DNA of 62,803 bases, filler included, from Craspedostauros australis (lineage: Eukaryota), in assembly GCA_030167865.1 (NCBI GenBank). It is 3 parts of 3 records of this genome, joined end to end, with 100 filler letters (N's around TTAATTAATTAA, not from the genome) between each part and the next. Parts side by side here need not be neighbours in the genome. Positions count along the whole stretch, not along the records: positions 1 to 29,539 come from JALAGF010003764.1; positions 29,640 to 52,593 come from JALAGF010003765.1; 1 more part is not named here. The stretch is one strand, 5' to 3'. Position numbers and translations under genes: made by a program. Positions 22,582 through 34,554 of this stretch are shown piece by piece; the stretch's first letter is position 1; the number at the start of each line of letters is the position of its first letter. The notes beneath the pieces were generated by a model. That model was not told the DNA's origin. It ran no database searches and saw only the letters and a program-made list of their open reading frames with translations.

Positions 22582-25284
22582 CTACCGTCGCTCCGAATGA
22601 CTGTTCAGCGGCAACTCGGACGGCGCGCATTGATCAGGGAAGATCAGGGACCAGGTGGTTGCCAGTTCTTCGGTCAGTTCTGGATGTAGCTCCACCATCC
22701 TCTCGGGGTAATCTGCCCAGCAAACAAGCAATGTATTCACAGCCCCTTTGATGACTTGGAGCATAATCGTGGCCACAAGCTTGCCAACGAGCAGACCAAT
22801 CCTGCGCATGCGGAATTGCATTTGTGTTTAGTTGCCACGGTTGTTCAAATGAATGAGACGACGGGGCGAAGAGAAATGGTGCGAAAATGAAGGCGTGAGT
22901 GTCTACCAAAACGTAAATCGTTGCTCCTCCGACCAAAGTGTGAACAATACATGGCAGAACCTCCCACACCGCAAAATCGCATACAGAGAAGCAAGGAAGA
23001 GTAACAGCATGAGCATGAGCAAGAATGTGGACAACGACGGGGTCTGCGGAACTCACACGAAGGCAAAGAATGGCCATTCTGGAATCGGGCCAAAGATGTA
23101 CGAACGTTGACTGAGGCGATCGTCTCCGACTGAATCGTCGATGCCGAAGGCTGGGGTGTCTGTGTCGACTTCGTCTCTTTTCGCCAGCGTGACACAACGA
23201 TCCAGCAGGATAGCCAAGACGCCCGTAAAGACGGCAACGAAAAGGGACGTAAATCGCAGCACGAAGGTAACCAGCTGATCTGTCACGATCGTGGTCCAAC
23301 CCTTGGCTTGGAAGAGCTGGAAGACTCGCTTCCCGCTCTCGGCGTAGGTGTAGCCATGAATTCCGACATACACGTAAGCCCAGTGATTGAAGTAGTCGAG
23401 GATCTTTTGTATTCCTCCCGCGATGCACTCCAATCCGCACCCGAGCATCGATCCACACACTGGCATTTGTGTGTCACCGCCAAGCTCGTCGGTTTGTCGT
23501 TGGAATCTCCGGTTTTGTCGAACGATCACACGGAGGACTGCGATAAATGCCTGCAAAAAGGAGCCCAAGGCAACGCTTCCAAACGATGATGTGCAAGCAC
23601 GGAACATGGACGACCACACTGCTGGAGAGCAACACCATTGCGCGGATTCCTTATCGAAGCACCACGTGGCCATGACTCCCGCAATTGTTACTTGAAGCAG
23701 ATTCTATGGTCGAGGGGTGAGGGGTGAGCGACGTACAAGCAAGAATAAGAGGTGGGCAGCCCATGTGGCAGCAAAATTAGAAGTGGGTGTCGGATGTTAG
23801 AGTCGGTTCGCAATAGTCAGGGCGGTTGGTGAGCAGTCCAATGAGCAGTTCAATGAGCGGTACATGGAAAAAGCAAAAGATGGGACATAAGGCAGAGATG
23901 ATAACCAACGACGACAGAGCCGTAGGCATGCCACAATTTGCCTTACCATGATGATGTTGCACGTCCAGTAAATGGAGAATAGAAAGGCGAAGAAGACCCA
24001 GCCCTGATTGTTGGCGCAACTGGATTCGTCGCTCGCATCCGTAGACGTGGCCGTATCCGCACCCATATCCGTATCCTGTGCTGAAGTGCTCAGATACATT
24101 TGGAAATGTTGTCCAGATGCATCACCGTTGACACTATTGTTCCAGGATAAGGCCTCTGTTGCCATATTTTGCGCACTTGTCATGTTGCTGGAATCGTGGC
24201 ATTCGTTGTCCAAGTATCTGAGCGTTCCCACCATCGTGTACACCGAAAAGATGCACCAGATGAATATAATTTCGGCAAATGACAATGCCACCAAATAGAT
24301 TCCAGAATTCGCCGAAATCCCAGCCAGGGCGACCTTGAGGTTGATGGCCGCGAATGGTATCATGGGCCTCACGGAATTCACGAAGTACGCTGTCGACCCC
24401 AGGATGAGCATCGAAATAAGGATGGACCACGCCAGAGATTCAGTTGTCGCCATTACATGTATCACCACAACGGCAGCGATTGCCATGAGCACTATCAGGG
24501 TGGATTGCACGTGCGCCTTCGTGTAGGGCCGCAGCACGTAGTACGTGTACAGGAGGGTCAGCACGACCGCGATTTCCGCCGACGGCACCATTATGTACCA
24601 CAAAATCCGATGCGGGTAGATCTGCACATAATCTAGCGCGAAGTGCACGAATTCTTCGAGTTGTTCAGCCTGCTCGGGTGTCATATCGTCGCTGTCATCC
24701 ACGACATCATGGATGTCCTTTCCGTCGAGGGAGTTAGGATAGGCGAATCCTTTCGGTGCGATGCTGACGTATGCGTACACGATGATGGCGAAATGCAGAA
24801 TCCAGAGAACACCGAACCACCCATCGCGAAATGACGACGAGGACGATGATTCTGCTTCATCAGGATCTCCATTGCGATCTGCATCCCCATCACCATTGCG
24901 TCCCATCGTTCTAGCCGCTGCTGCTGTCAGCGCAACAGAAGAACCGGCCGTGGATGTCGCCAGGCCTTCGAGAAGCGGGGTGTTCTCCGATGACAACGGC
25001 GCGTCCGTCTCCATTTCTGTATCATCGGGATCGTCGATAGTGACGACTTGGGTGTTGGTTGGGATCCGTACATCCAAGGTCGTCGGTGTCGCCTCTGTTT
25101 CCACGATTGCTGACGCGAACATGGCAGTTCCCTCGTTGTCTGGTTGGACTTGATCGAACGATGCGGTCGCCATGACGATCGGGATTTCTTCATCGCTGCT
25201 GTATTGCGCGTTCATGGCTTCAACAGCGTCGTCACTCTTCTGTCGACCGTACCCTGGATAGGCTGATGCCGCCTTGGAGGGCAT
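22582..25284 (-). CDS. Choline transporter-like protein (CTL/SLC44); exons 25284-23947, 23703-23057, 22801-22582
   Basis: FRDGWFGVLWILH, SIYWTCNIIM/NLLQVTIAGVMATW, TSSFGSVALGS, YFNHWAYVYVGIHGY, AVNTLLVCWADYP. Two GT-AG introns keep the frame. Confidence 0.88.
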
Positions 25285-26151
25285 CTCCCCTTCGTTGTCT
25301 TCGCTGTTGCTGCTGCTGTTGCCGTCGTTTTCGTGGCAGGTGTGCTGATGAGAAGCGTCGTTCTGAGCTATGACTGCGGTCTGGTAGGACTGCGAGTATG
25401 GCACAAGAACAGCAGCTTGAATACGAGACTTGCTCTGCTTGTTGGTGTTGTTATGTTGCTTCGATAGGTTTCGGGAAGGCGCGATGTAGGGAACGATGCA
25501 AAGGGCGAGGGTACCAATGCCAATAGTTGTACCAGTACTGCGCTCCGCAGATGTCTTCTCTTGTGGTTTGTCGATGCTGTGCCTCTTTGTTGTCGCTTTT
25601 GTCGGTGCGTTGTTGCTCGCGTGAATCAACGAGTGCGCGGCACAAACTGTTGTTCCACAACAAACGCTTTGGCGAAGATCTGCGGATGGTGCAATCCACG
25701 ACTCCGGGTTCACGGAGTGGAACAAAATCGAAGGTGTTCTCTTGTGTCAGGTTTGCTGTTCTGTGTCAAAACGACATGCGTCAGCTTGGCATCACCAATG
25801 CTGTTCGCTTGAGACTGCCGATGACACAAAGGACGATCCGTTCAACCACATCAAAGAAAGAGCGCATCGCAGATGGTTGGCGAAACTTCCTCGGCATCCC
25901 GGCATCTGCGAGCAGGATCGATGATCTGTGTGGTGTCATCGTGTTCTCCTTTTCGTTCGTCCTGCAGCTCAGCGTTCCACTCATGACGCGGATGGATGGA
26001 CGTTTTCAACACTGCATTCATACCGGCGCGTTCCAACGATCAGTTGATGTCAGCGAAGCAAAGAAGACTGATGGGGGTGGACATGAACGAGTCACTCATG
26101 TTCTTCTACGAATACTCCTGCTCCGTTTTGTGCCAATACTCTTACGACTGT

Positions 26152-27342
26152 TTACTTCTTTGCTAACCCTCTTCCATTGGCCTTGGTCGCTGGGACCGTG
26201 GATGAAAGCATGGAGGCCATGCCTGGAGCTGCGATCGCCGCGGCGTTGGGAAGACGGGTTGCCGTTCGTGATGCCGATGCCGATGCCAATGCTGTTGCTG
26301 ATGTTGGGGAGGTTGCCACACCACGGTCCGCAACCACCACCGATTGCGATGTGATTGAGGCGTTGATGCACTGCCAGATGATATCTGCAAAGCTGGCGAA
26401 CAGAACGCGGTACTGCAGCGGCAGATTGTATGTGACGGTATTGACCAGTGTCCACACCTTGGCGTTGGCGATCAACAGTGGACCCAGCTTTTGCTGCACT
26501 TGGACGGGAATCTGTCTGGGAGGAGATCCCGACAGCAGCGCAGGCACCGGAATGTCCCAGAACGTGTACACGATGGGGCAGGCGATGAACTGCTCCAGGA
26601 GAATGCTCACGGCCGTGCGGGTAGGCTGAAAGAATTTGGAGGACGCCGACGATCCTGCAACTCCTGCCATGCCTGTCGATTCCATCAGCGCTCTATCATT
26701 CGCAAACGCGGCGTCTGCCAGCGTTGGTGCCATCGATGACTGCGCCAGTTCCGAATTCATAGACGGCATGGTTGAGAACAGCTCGTTTGTGACATCCAAG
26801 CTCCAAACATCCACAAATTGATACCAGCACGCCCACATAACGCCCCCGCCCATTCCCTTGAGGAAGTAGTTCATCGTCCGTCCAGGGTCGTATTGCGACC
26901 ACCACAAGTTGCCAAAGTCACCGTCGCTTGCGCCACTGTCGCCCTCCGCGTCGTCGTTGGACGAGAGGTATATCTTCCTTGACTGCGCCAATATGTCGCC
27001 AAGGGTGGAGAATGTAGCACCGATGGCCATTTGCGTTGGAACGTAGTAGTTGTCCAAACAAGAAGAGTAGAACGTCGCAACATCGGCGGCCTCCACCATG
27101 TTGAGAGTCATTGAGTCACACCGTTGGCTCTGTGCTTCACCATGCCGAAAATGCTCTTGTCGATGTTGCATTGACGACGACACTGATGCCGATGCCGATG
27201 ATGATGGCAGCGGTGGTGGATGCAACACAAATGCAGACGCCATGTGTTGGCTGTCGTGCATCACCAGACCAACGACGAGCGATGCGAAGATGTGGAACAT
27301 GGTTGACAAAGATGAAACTGTTCTGGCCGATGTCGTCATCAT
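26152..27342 (-). CDS. Mpv17/PMP22 family membrane protein with ASAF plastid-type presequence
   Basis: LGDILAQ, YDPGRT, LEQFIACPI, NAKVWTLVNTVTYNLPLQYRVLF. Signal peptide ends MASA-F. Confidence 0.85.
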   Translation of the reverse strand: MMTTSARTVSSLSTMFHIFASLVVGLVMHDSQHMASAFVLHPPPLPSSSASASVSSSMQHRQEHFRHGEAQSQRCDSMTLNMVEAADVATFYSSCLDNYYVPTQMAIGATFSTLGDILAQSRKIYLSSNDDAEGDSGASDGDFGNLWWSQYDPGRTMNYFLKGMGGGVMWACWYQFVDVWSLDVTNELFSTMPSMNSELAQSSMAPTLADAAFANDRALMESTGMAGVAGSSASSKFFQPTRTAVSILLEQFIACPIVYTFWDIPVPALLSGSPPRQIPVQVQQKLGPLLIANAKVWTLVNTVTYNLPLQYRVLFASFADIIWQCINASITSQSVVVADRGVATSPTSATALASASASRTATRLPNAAAIAAPGMASMLSSTVPATKANGRGLAKK

Positions 27343-28002
27343 CCTGTTTCGTTCTTCTTTTGATTTGGTGTGCTTTGTTGTGGTCTGTGTGGGGCACCAG
27401 AAGATTCAAGGATGATGTCTGTGATGGTGGTGATGCCAACGATGATGACCACAAGAAGCGTTGTCGGCGTTTGCGTCTTGATTGGAATGCGGTGTGCCAT
27501 ACTCGTGCGACTACATGCCATGCATAGGACGTACGGGTACTCACAGTACTGTGTTCACCACGAGCAACGATGAAGGCGGCAACCATGCCAATGGAAAATC
27601 ATGGGCGACAGAAAAGACAGCGCTGCTTGTTCGGTTCTTTTGACTTCCGATGACGGTGGTCTGAGTTGCGCGTTGGTGTGTCAGAATTCCAAAACGTGTG
27701 CAATCTTTCATTCGACAATACCTTGATATTAGTCGTCTTAGTCATAAACGACTAAACACTTCATTTTGTTTGGCTGTCTTCAATAATGGTATGTGCCATT
27801 TTGCCGCAACTTATTTATCGAGCACGATTCCAGCTTTCTCCTTCTTGCCATATGTATATAATGATATATTTACCATGACTACCAATATCTTTGGAAAAAC
27901 GAAGAGAAAAGCAAGAAAGCAAACAAATAAACGAACACACAATCAAACAACAAGACCGAAAGTCAAGGAGCCCAGAGCCAGGAGGTGCCAACAAGAGCAG
28001 AC

Positions 28003-28593
28003 ATGTCGATGGTGGATCCAGGGAAGGCAAGATGGCCCATTGTGCTAGCATTTGCTTGCCTTGGAAGTTTGGATTGCAGCTGTGACGGTGGCGCGACCGC
28101 AACAGCAGCCGAAATGACGGCCCCAAGAGCCACCAAAACAGAAACCGTGCCGTTGCAGGCGAAGGTTCTCATGAACATGACGGTGTGCACAAGCAAGTGC
28201 GTCAATGACGGTGGTTTGGAGGACTGCAAGACTTACATCACACCTATGCACAGATGTTTCAACCCACGGTCCATGTTCGGTTCTGATGATCCCACCTGGA
28301 GCGACGCCAACGTCCTCGACATCGTGGACGCTTCAAGTACGATGCCCACGTTATCATCCCAGTCAGCATCCATCCATGTCGGAGCATCGCCGTCGTCCGC
28401 ACAGAACCAAGAAGAGACATTCCATCGGTATCTGTACGCTACCGATGATGTTTTGTGCAAGTCGGATCCGACCGACGTCTTCATACTTCCACTGGACATC
28501 TGCGTCGGTCCTTTTGGTGAACCACGACCATGGGGAGAATTTCATTTGCTTTCGATCACTGATCGTGGCAGCGACGCGGGTAGCCCAACCTAA
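28003..28593 (+). CDS. Small Cys-rich, probably secreted hypothetical protein
   Basis: Hydrophobic N-terminus, about 8 Cys, ordered-looking C-terminus LPLDICVGPFGEPRPWG. Preceded by an A/C-rich leader. Confidence 0.6.
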   Translation: MSMVDPGKARWPIVLAFACLGSLDCSCDGGATATAAEMTAPRATKTETVPLQAKVLMNMTVCTSKCVNDGGLEDCKTYITPMHRCFNPRSMFGSDDPTWSDANVLDIVDASSTMPTLSSQSASIHVGASPSSAQNQEETFHRYLYATDDVLCKSDPTDVFILPLDICVGPFGEPRPWGEFHLLSITDRGSDAGSPT

Positions 28594-28689
28594 CGATGAA
28601 GCAGGACAGGGAGTCGATACATGTGATCAGAAACCGCCAGGGCGCTTGCAAAAAAGGTTCGCGATAATTTTCGTGAAGAGAAAACAAAA

Positions 28690-29539
28690 AGCGAGCAACG
28701 AACAAAACAAACAGACCACCAGCGTCGGCAGAGTGTGGAGCCAAGGAGAGTCGTGCCACGAGACGCCATGGATGCAGTGACAACTCCAGCATCAGAGCGT
28801 GCCAGAGATCAGTGTTCGGTTCCGCTTCTAATTGTTGGTTAGCTCACAAATAGCCAACATGCTCGTGCATCCAGAGTACTATGAGACGTGCCATCGGTTC
28901 GCGCCAATTGGGTGGTGGTAAGGAAGTCAACGAGGCAAAACCGATCTGTCATGGTTTGGGTGCATGCTGGTTCCCTTTGCACCACTCCAGTCCTCAAACA
29001 TAGGTTGTGGCTCTTCTCAATAGCCACAGAAGAGGTTCCCCATGAACAGGTATCCATGTGTGACTTCATTGGCACATCTCGATGGCTGATGTTGCCCACC
29101 CATCGCGTGCAAGTTCGGGATTGTTCCGCCAAAGGGCGGGGTCCACGATACATCGATGCATCACAGAGGTACCCCGTTGTCGCCACCCAATGCAACCAGC
29201 CCGAACTCTGGAGCAATGGGTGTGTGGGCAAAGCACCCGCATGTGTGGCACGACCATTCTCTTGGATCCGAAACAACACCACATCGTTTCATAAAATGCA
29301 ACCTCACACAAACAACAAAGCAAAGCAACTCAAAACAACCCTTGACACCAACGAAACATCATCATGGGAGGCAGATTGGAAGACGATGAGACCGCAGTTG
29401 CATTCATCCTTGTGATTGCCGCCGGGTTGGTGACCGCCATCGGTGCTGGCGTCGTCTTCTCACCCAAGCTGGTCTCCCTTGCCAATCGCAAGACGTTGGC
29501 CATTTCCCTTGGAGCGGCTGCCGGCGTGATGCTGTACAT
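28690..29539. repeat. Right arm of long inverted repeat (partner 1-830)
   Basis: Reverse complement of the window start. Ends at exactly the same base (...gtgatgctgtacat). Confidence 0.95.
29364..29539 (+). CDS. ZIP (ZupT/GufA-like) transporter, 5' fragment truncated by spacer
   Basis: Same peptide as 1-176(-); runs into the N spacer. Confidence 0.8.
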
Positions 29540-29639
29540 NNNNNNNNNNNNNNNNNNNNNNNNNNNNNNNNNNNNNNNNNNNNTTAATTAATTAANNNNN
29601 NNNNNNNNNNNNNNNNNNNNNNNNNNNNNNNNNNNNNNN
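29540..29639. other. Artificial contig spacer N44-TTAATTAATTAA-N44
   Basis: Exactly 100 bp with a six-frame stop cassette; an identical structure occurs at 52594-52693. Confidence 0.97.
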
Positions 29640-31238
29640 GGTTGTCGATGTGGTCGGCTTGATCACAGCTACGTCCATGATGAGAGATGCATGCTGTACG
29701 ACAATCTGAAGAAGCGCATCTCCAAGGAGGAACTGATGGACATCTTCAACATCCCTCATGCAGCCAGCAAATCCAAGCTCACCAAGGCCGAAGTGAAGAG
29801 CCTTGGTGCTGTTGGAACGGCGTACAAGGAACGGTTCGATCGATTGATGCGAACGAAGGCCCTGCAAGAGCAGGAAGCCAGGTTCGTTGCGCGCATGGAG
29901 GAGATCCAGGTCAAGGAATGTCGCATGGCAGTGTTCGCACCAACGTTGTCGTCGATGTTGCTGTCCGCGATGCTGGATCTGCAACGTGAATTCCCGGTGG
30001 ATGAAGACGATCTGAAGACAATGCCGCAGGGTCCTGCCGGCGAGGTGGATGGTTTGAACGATGGCATTGGTGACGGTGCGGGTCAAGCTGGTGTGCATGG
30101 CGATGAAAGAGAGAAGATAGTCGACAACGGGAAGACCACGAATGGATCCAACAAAGGTATTGATGATGACGAGGACGGTGATGATGAGGTGGAGGAGGAG
30201 GATGTGCCGCTGTTGGCGCTTGGGAAAAGGAAGCTCGCCGGTGATCACACGAACAACGAAAGAAACAACATTGACAACACCAACAACAACAGTTGTGTGG
30301 GAAAGGACAATCCGACAAAGAAGCAGAAGGTGGAAAATCCGCAGCAACAACAGCAGCAGCAACAACAAACGCGACGGCCGCGGATATCGTTGAAGTACAT
30401 GGTCCGCTTGATCACGTACATCAGCAAGCGATGGGGACACGTGTACCGAGAACCTTCCTTCGATGACATTGCGTGGAGATGGGAGCTCTTCCATGCCGAA
30501 GCATCTGCTTCGAGTGCGGACGCAACCAGGAGCACGCCGTTGCTCCGACAACCACAAGGATCGCTCCCCTTTGAAGATCTGCAATTTCATTCATTTGATC
30601 GGACAGAGGTGCCCAAGCTGGATGAGTTGAAAGACAAGCTAGAATCTCTTTCCTCGTCTGCGAACGGCGCAACTGCAATTGAGCTTGCAATGGTTGACGG
30701 GACCGCAATCACAGCATCAAATACATCTGCAAGCAGTACGATCCCGCAAATGCAAACTCAAGCGCATGCAACAACAGTGCAACATGCAACCACAGCCAAT
30801 GCAACAGACACACCACCCAGCATCTCGGAAAAGGAGGCACAAGACATGATCTCGATGGCAACAGTGCTGCGGTCAACACAACAACTGCACGATGAATTGA
30901 TGGCGCTGGTGATGACGCAAGTCGTGCAAGTGACGAGAACGGGCATTCCGGTGCTGATGGATGATTGGTACACCAAGATGGACGTGCTGACGTTGGAGGA
31001 CTACCACGTGAATTGGTCCGCCGGTGCCGATCCCGATGGCAAGTTCGGCGTCGTCGAGGAGTTCCGCGATGCGTTGGAGGAACATTGGATCCGACATGAC
31101 TACGGCTGGGCATTGGCAGAGGATGCGAAGGACGTGATCCACGACGTGGAGGAGCTGTCGGAATGGCGCAGATCGTACGAAGGTCGGCGCACCTCCAAGG
31201 CCGAGCGGGAAGAAGGCATCGGTCGCTTCGGGATTTAG
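29640..31238 (+). CDS. Hypothetical protein, 5'-truncated, probably nuclear
   Basis: Frame is open from the first base of the contig (GCRCGRLDHSYVHDERCMLY...). Contains NLS-like KRK/KKQK, acidic and poly-Q tracts. Confidence 0.7.
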   Translation, partial: GCRCGRLDHSYVHDERCMLYDNLKKRISKEELMDIFNIPHAASKSKLTKAEVKSLGAVGTAYKERFDRLMRTKALQEQEARFVARMEEIQVKECRMAVFAPTLSSMLLSAMLDLQREFPVDEDDLKTMPQGPAGEVDGLNDGIGDGAGQAGVHGDEREKIVDNGKTTNGSNKGIDDDEDGDDEVEEEDVPLLALGKRKLAGDHTNNERNNIDNTNNNSCVGKDNPTKKQKVENPQQQQQQQQQTRRPRISLKYMVRLITYISKRWGHVYREPSFDDIAWRWELFHAEASASSADATRSTPLLRQPQGSLPFEDLQFHSFDRTEVPKLDELKDKLESLSSSANGATAIELAMVDGTAITASNTSASSTIPQMQTQAHATTVQHATTANATDTPPSISEKEAQDMISMATVLRSTQQLHDELMALVMTQVVQVTRTGIPVLMDDWYTKMDVLTLEDYHVNWSAGADPDGKFGVVEEFRDALEEHWIRHDYGWALAEDAKDVIHDVEELSEWRRSYEGRRTSKAEREEGIGRFGI

Positions 31239-31587
31239 TGAAAGAGAGAGAGAAAGAGAGGAGGCCTATGGCGGACTCTAAATAGAGCACGTGGATACTT
31301 CACTACTATACACTAGCCGCGTGCTTCTTGGATGTCTGCATTGTGACGCGTAGCAACAATAAACAGGGAGACTATTTTTGAAAGAAGATCGTACTCTGGT
31401 CACCTTCTTGATGGTAAACCTTCTTTGAGATGCTTGCTTGTTGCCTCGGCGAAGACCGCGGTACTACCGTGCTCCACGGTTTGGTGTTGCATCCCTCCAT
31501 AAATCTGCGATGCAGCATGTCTCGCACCATGACACTTGTCTTTGGAGAGAGTGGTGCGTAGTTCACTCAACTCCGATTCAATTTACA

Positions 31588-32469
31588 CTATCTCCGAAAG
31601 ACATCCACAATATCCTGATCCCGCAAGATGATGACGGCTGCGTAGATACCGAAGATGGGAAAGACGAACCAAATGCCGTTGGCAAACCCCACAAAGCCCA
31701 GGACCTCCGCCAGAGGCTTGCCCTTGTGACGGGCATTGAAGATGAAGGAGAGGAGGTAGATGATGGTGCCGTAGAGGACCTGCCAGTAAGAGCAGCAACC
31801 GATGACACCGACGGCCAACCAGGCGTGCTGCTGTCCCAGGATGCTGTTGAGCTGGTGCGGAACAATGATGGCCGCGTTCCAGAGGAGGCACGGCAGGATG
31901 GTGGACCAGCCATTGCCCACGTCGACGAAGAAACCGAAGGATTCCTGATTCTGGTAGGATGGATCCCAGAGGCTGTAGGTGGACCACATGATGGCCCATC
32001 GCTTGGAGTCGAAGAGCGTGGTGATGGACAGCGGCATGGTGAGGTAGGCGAAGGCCGCCTTGTACTCAACTCCGCGGTACATCTCCTTGAGGTTGCGGTA
32101 GTCCTGCTGGATCCATCGGATGTGGATTCCCAGGGCGATCTCGCAGAACGCAATGAGGATGTTCAGGTTGTTGAAGAACAGCAGAGCGAAGCCCAGCGCA
32201 TTGGGGATAGATGCTGCTTGTGCATCAGCTTGTGCATCAGCTTGTCCATCAGGCGATGACAGAAGTGCGGAGGACAGCACAACTGGAACGACCGAAGTGA
32301 TCAGAAGCCAGATGGCGAAGCCCGTCGCGATGTTGAGACCAGGGATGGCTCCTTCTGTAGCAACGGAGGACAGAGGCTGCTGTTTCTGCTGCGGTTGCGA
32401 CTGCTTAGGCTGAGCAGACTGAGCCGACGCTGCGGCCGATGCAGCCGGTCTCTTGGTGACGGCCGCCAT
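31588..32469 (-). CDS. EXPERA/emopamil-binding-protein-like membrane protein
   Basis: WSTYSLWDPSY, FFVDVGNGWSTILP and FVGFANGIWFVFP with multiple TMs. Start uncertain. Confidence 0.7.
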   Translation of the reverse strand: MAAVTKRPAASAAASAQSAQPKQSQPQQKQQPLSSVATEGAIPGLNIATGFAIWLLITSVVPVVLSSALLSSPDGQADAQADAQAASIPNALGFALLFFNNLNILIAFCEIALGIHIRWIQQDYRNLKEMYRGVEYKAAFAYLTMPLSITTLFDSKRWAIMWSTYSLWDPSYQNQESFGFFVDVGNGWSTILPCLLWNAAIIVPHQLNSILGQQHAWLAVGVIGCCSYWQVLYGTIIYLLSFIFNARHKGKPLAEVLGFVGFANGIWFVFPIFGIYAAVIILRDQDIVDVFRR

Positions 32470-34554
32470 CTCGTATTCTGCTGTGGGTATGTTGAATGCT
32501 GTCCCCGATGCAGGTGATGTAGGACACAGAGACAACCTACCCTGTGTATTGGTGCTGGTCGATACGACCTCCGATCCGGGAGTTGGGATCTTTGTGATCG
32601 GAAGGCGAACATCTGCGACTCGCAACTCACAAGATACCAACTCCATGTCAAAACAACGGGCCTCGTGATGGTCGAGGTTGTTCGTTCCTGTTCGTTTGTT
32701 TGGCTTCTTGTTTGTCACGCTTGAGTCTTGTTTGGGTGGGCCATCTCCGTTGAATCGTGGGAGTGATGTCCTTGCGTCGTCCGTCAATGCACTAGTTTGG
32801 ATCGGCCATGTCGATTCGAGAGATATTTCAAGTTGCAGAGGGTTCGGATACGTCGACCTTGCGGTTCGCAGAATCCAATCACATCCATCCATTGCTTCCG
32901 GCAGTTCAACTCCAATTGACATTGGAGTTCCTGCCAAACTTCCGTGCTCACGCAGCGTTGGGGATCAACGGACTGATTCGAGTGCGCGATTCAGCGAGAG
33001 GTTTCCTGTTTCTGCTTTATGACCGTGTCAATGAAATGCGCGTATGGGATTCACGTTCTTCTCCAACTGATTCTCCTCAGCATGTAGAAGTACGTACACT
33101 ATGTGTGTTTGGCTCGTGTATGGATACATTGTTCCTTCCGCAACGGTTGTGGCATTCGCCTTTCCAGTTGTTGCATGCGTCATCTTTTTCTCCTATCCTT
33201 GACGAAGTTTCGAAACAAATCCTCCAAATAGTTGCAGAGTACCAGAAGAGCGTTACCGCCTCACAAAGTCGGAGATTGGATGACAACCGCTATGTTGCTT
33301 CTCGTTTCAGAGCGGGAAGCTCCCCATTCAGTTGCGAATCATCATCACTCTGTTCGCAGGCATCAGGCTTTTTAGGCGCTTGTGCAAACACGAGCCGTGG
33401 ATTGGAACACAGTCGCTCTCCTGCACACTGTTGGTTATCATCGTTCTGATTCCTTTCTTGTCTTTGGTTTCGCGAGCAGGCTTGTTTTCTCGCAGCCGAG
33501 CTCGTAAGTCGTGTTGGGAGCGTTGCTTGGTTCGCGGATGTGGCACCATACATCGTACAAGCGCCCCGTTTCGCGTAAAAGTATGAGTAGGTCGAACTCC
33601 GCGAGTGCTTTGTGATGTTGCGCTGTGCACGCAACAAATCGCGTCAAGGCTCTTGGTACATTTAGTCGAATAAGTCGATGCATCGTCTACTTGCCGGACC
33701 AACAGGTACAAAACCAGTGTTTGAGAACCTTCAGTTCCTCCCATGAGCTGTTCGTGGGAATGGGTTCTCCTATTTGTTCTGGATGGGTCATCCCCATTTT
33801 GAGATTCCTTGCGCTATCAGCACAAGTCGAATCTGACAAAGTTCCGAGAGATGGAGCGAAGTGGAGATTCTGCAATTTGTTGTTGGTGGTTTGTTGCGGT
33901 CCACACAAACGGAGGACGCGTGATGGAGGTGGTCAGAATCAGCAACGATGAGGCTGTTCCTCGAGGTTCCACGTTAATGTGCGAGTACGTGTCCTTGTTG
34001 TTACTCAACACGCGTGGTCGTTGGTTCGTGGCGTTTGCATCACCTCCACAGGGAGGAGTGAATGGCAGTACAAGATTACGGGACAAGTGCAGCGAGAAGT
34101 CACAGAAGCAGAAGCGCTCCCAAACACGCGTTGACGAAACCAATGCATGGAGCGAACTTGTGCCAGGGCGTTTGCAGTGAATTATCGCGTCGCTTCCGCA
34201 GAGCGAAACCAGCCAGAGCCGCACCCTGTGCGACTGTAACAGCCACAAGTTCGTTTCAGAACCGAATCTCCAAGCACAGGCGCATCGCACGCTCTTGAAT
34301 TTACCTCTTACTCGTGGCTTGTACGGTGCATGATCATAATCGAGATTCTCGAATGCAACGTGCTCTGCATTACGACCCACGCCTCTCCAACCTCATACAA
34401 TCGTCAGACATCACAAACCACATCCCTACAGGGATATACAATAGGAATACAACCCAGATCAACGCAGACCAACGCAGACCAACGCAGCCATTGCACTACC
34501 CGCACCACATCATATTCTATAATCCGAAGAAGCACCATCCTTCAACCAGCAACG

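Noticed and set aside
1..29539. Giant TIR transposon, Polinton or linear plasmid
   Set aside because: The arms are truncated host ZIP genes. No transposase, integrase, polB or capsid genes lie inside; the cargo is ordinary intron-containing genes.
29584..29595. TTAATTAATTAA palindrome (also 52638-52649) as a biological site
   Set aside because: It is centred in identical N44 flanks: an artificial six-frame stop linker.
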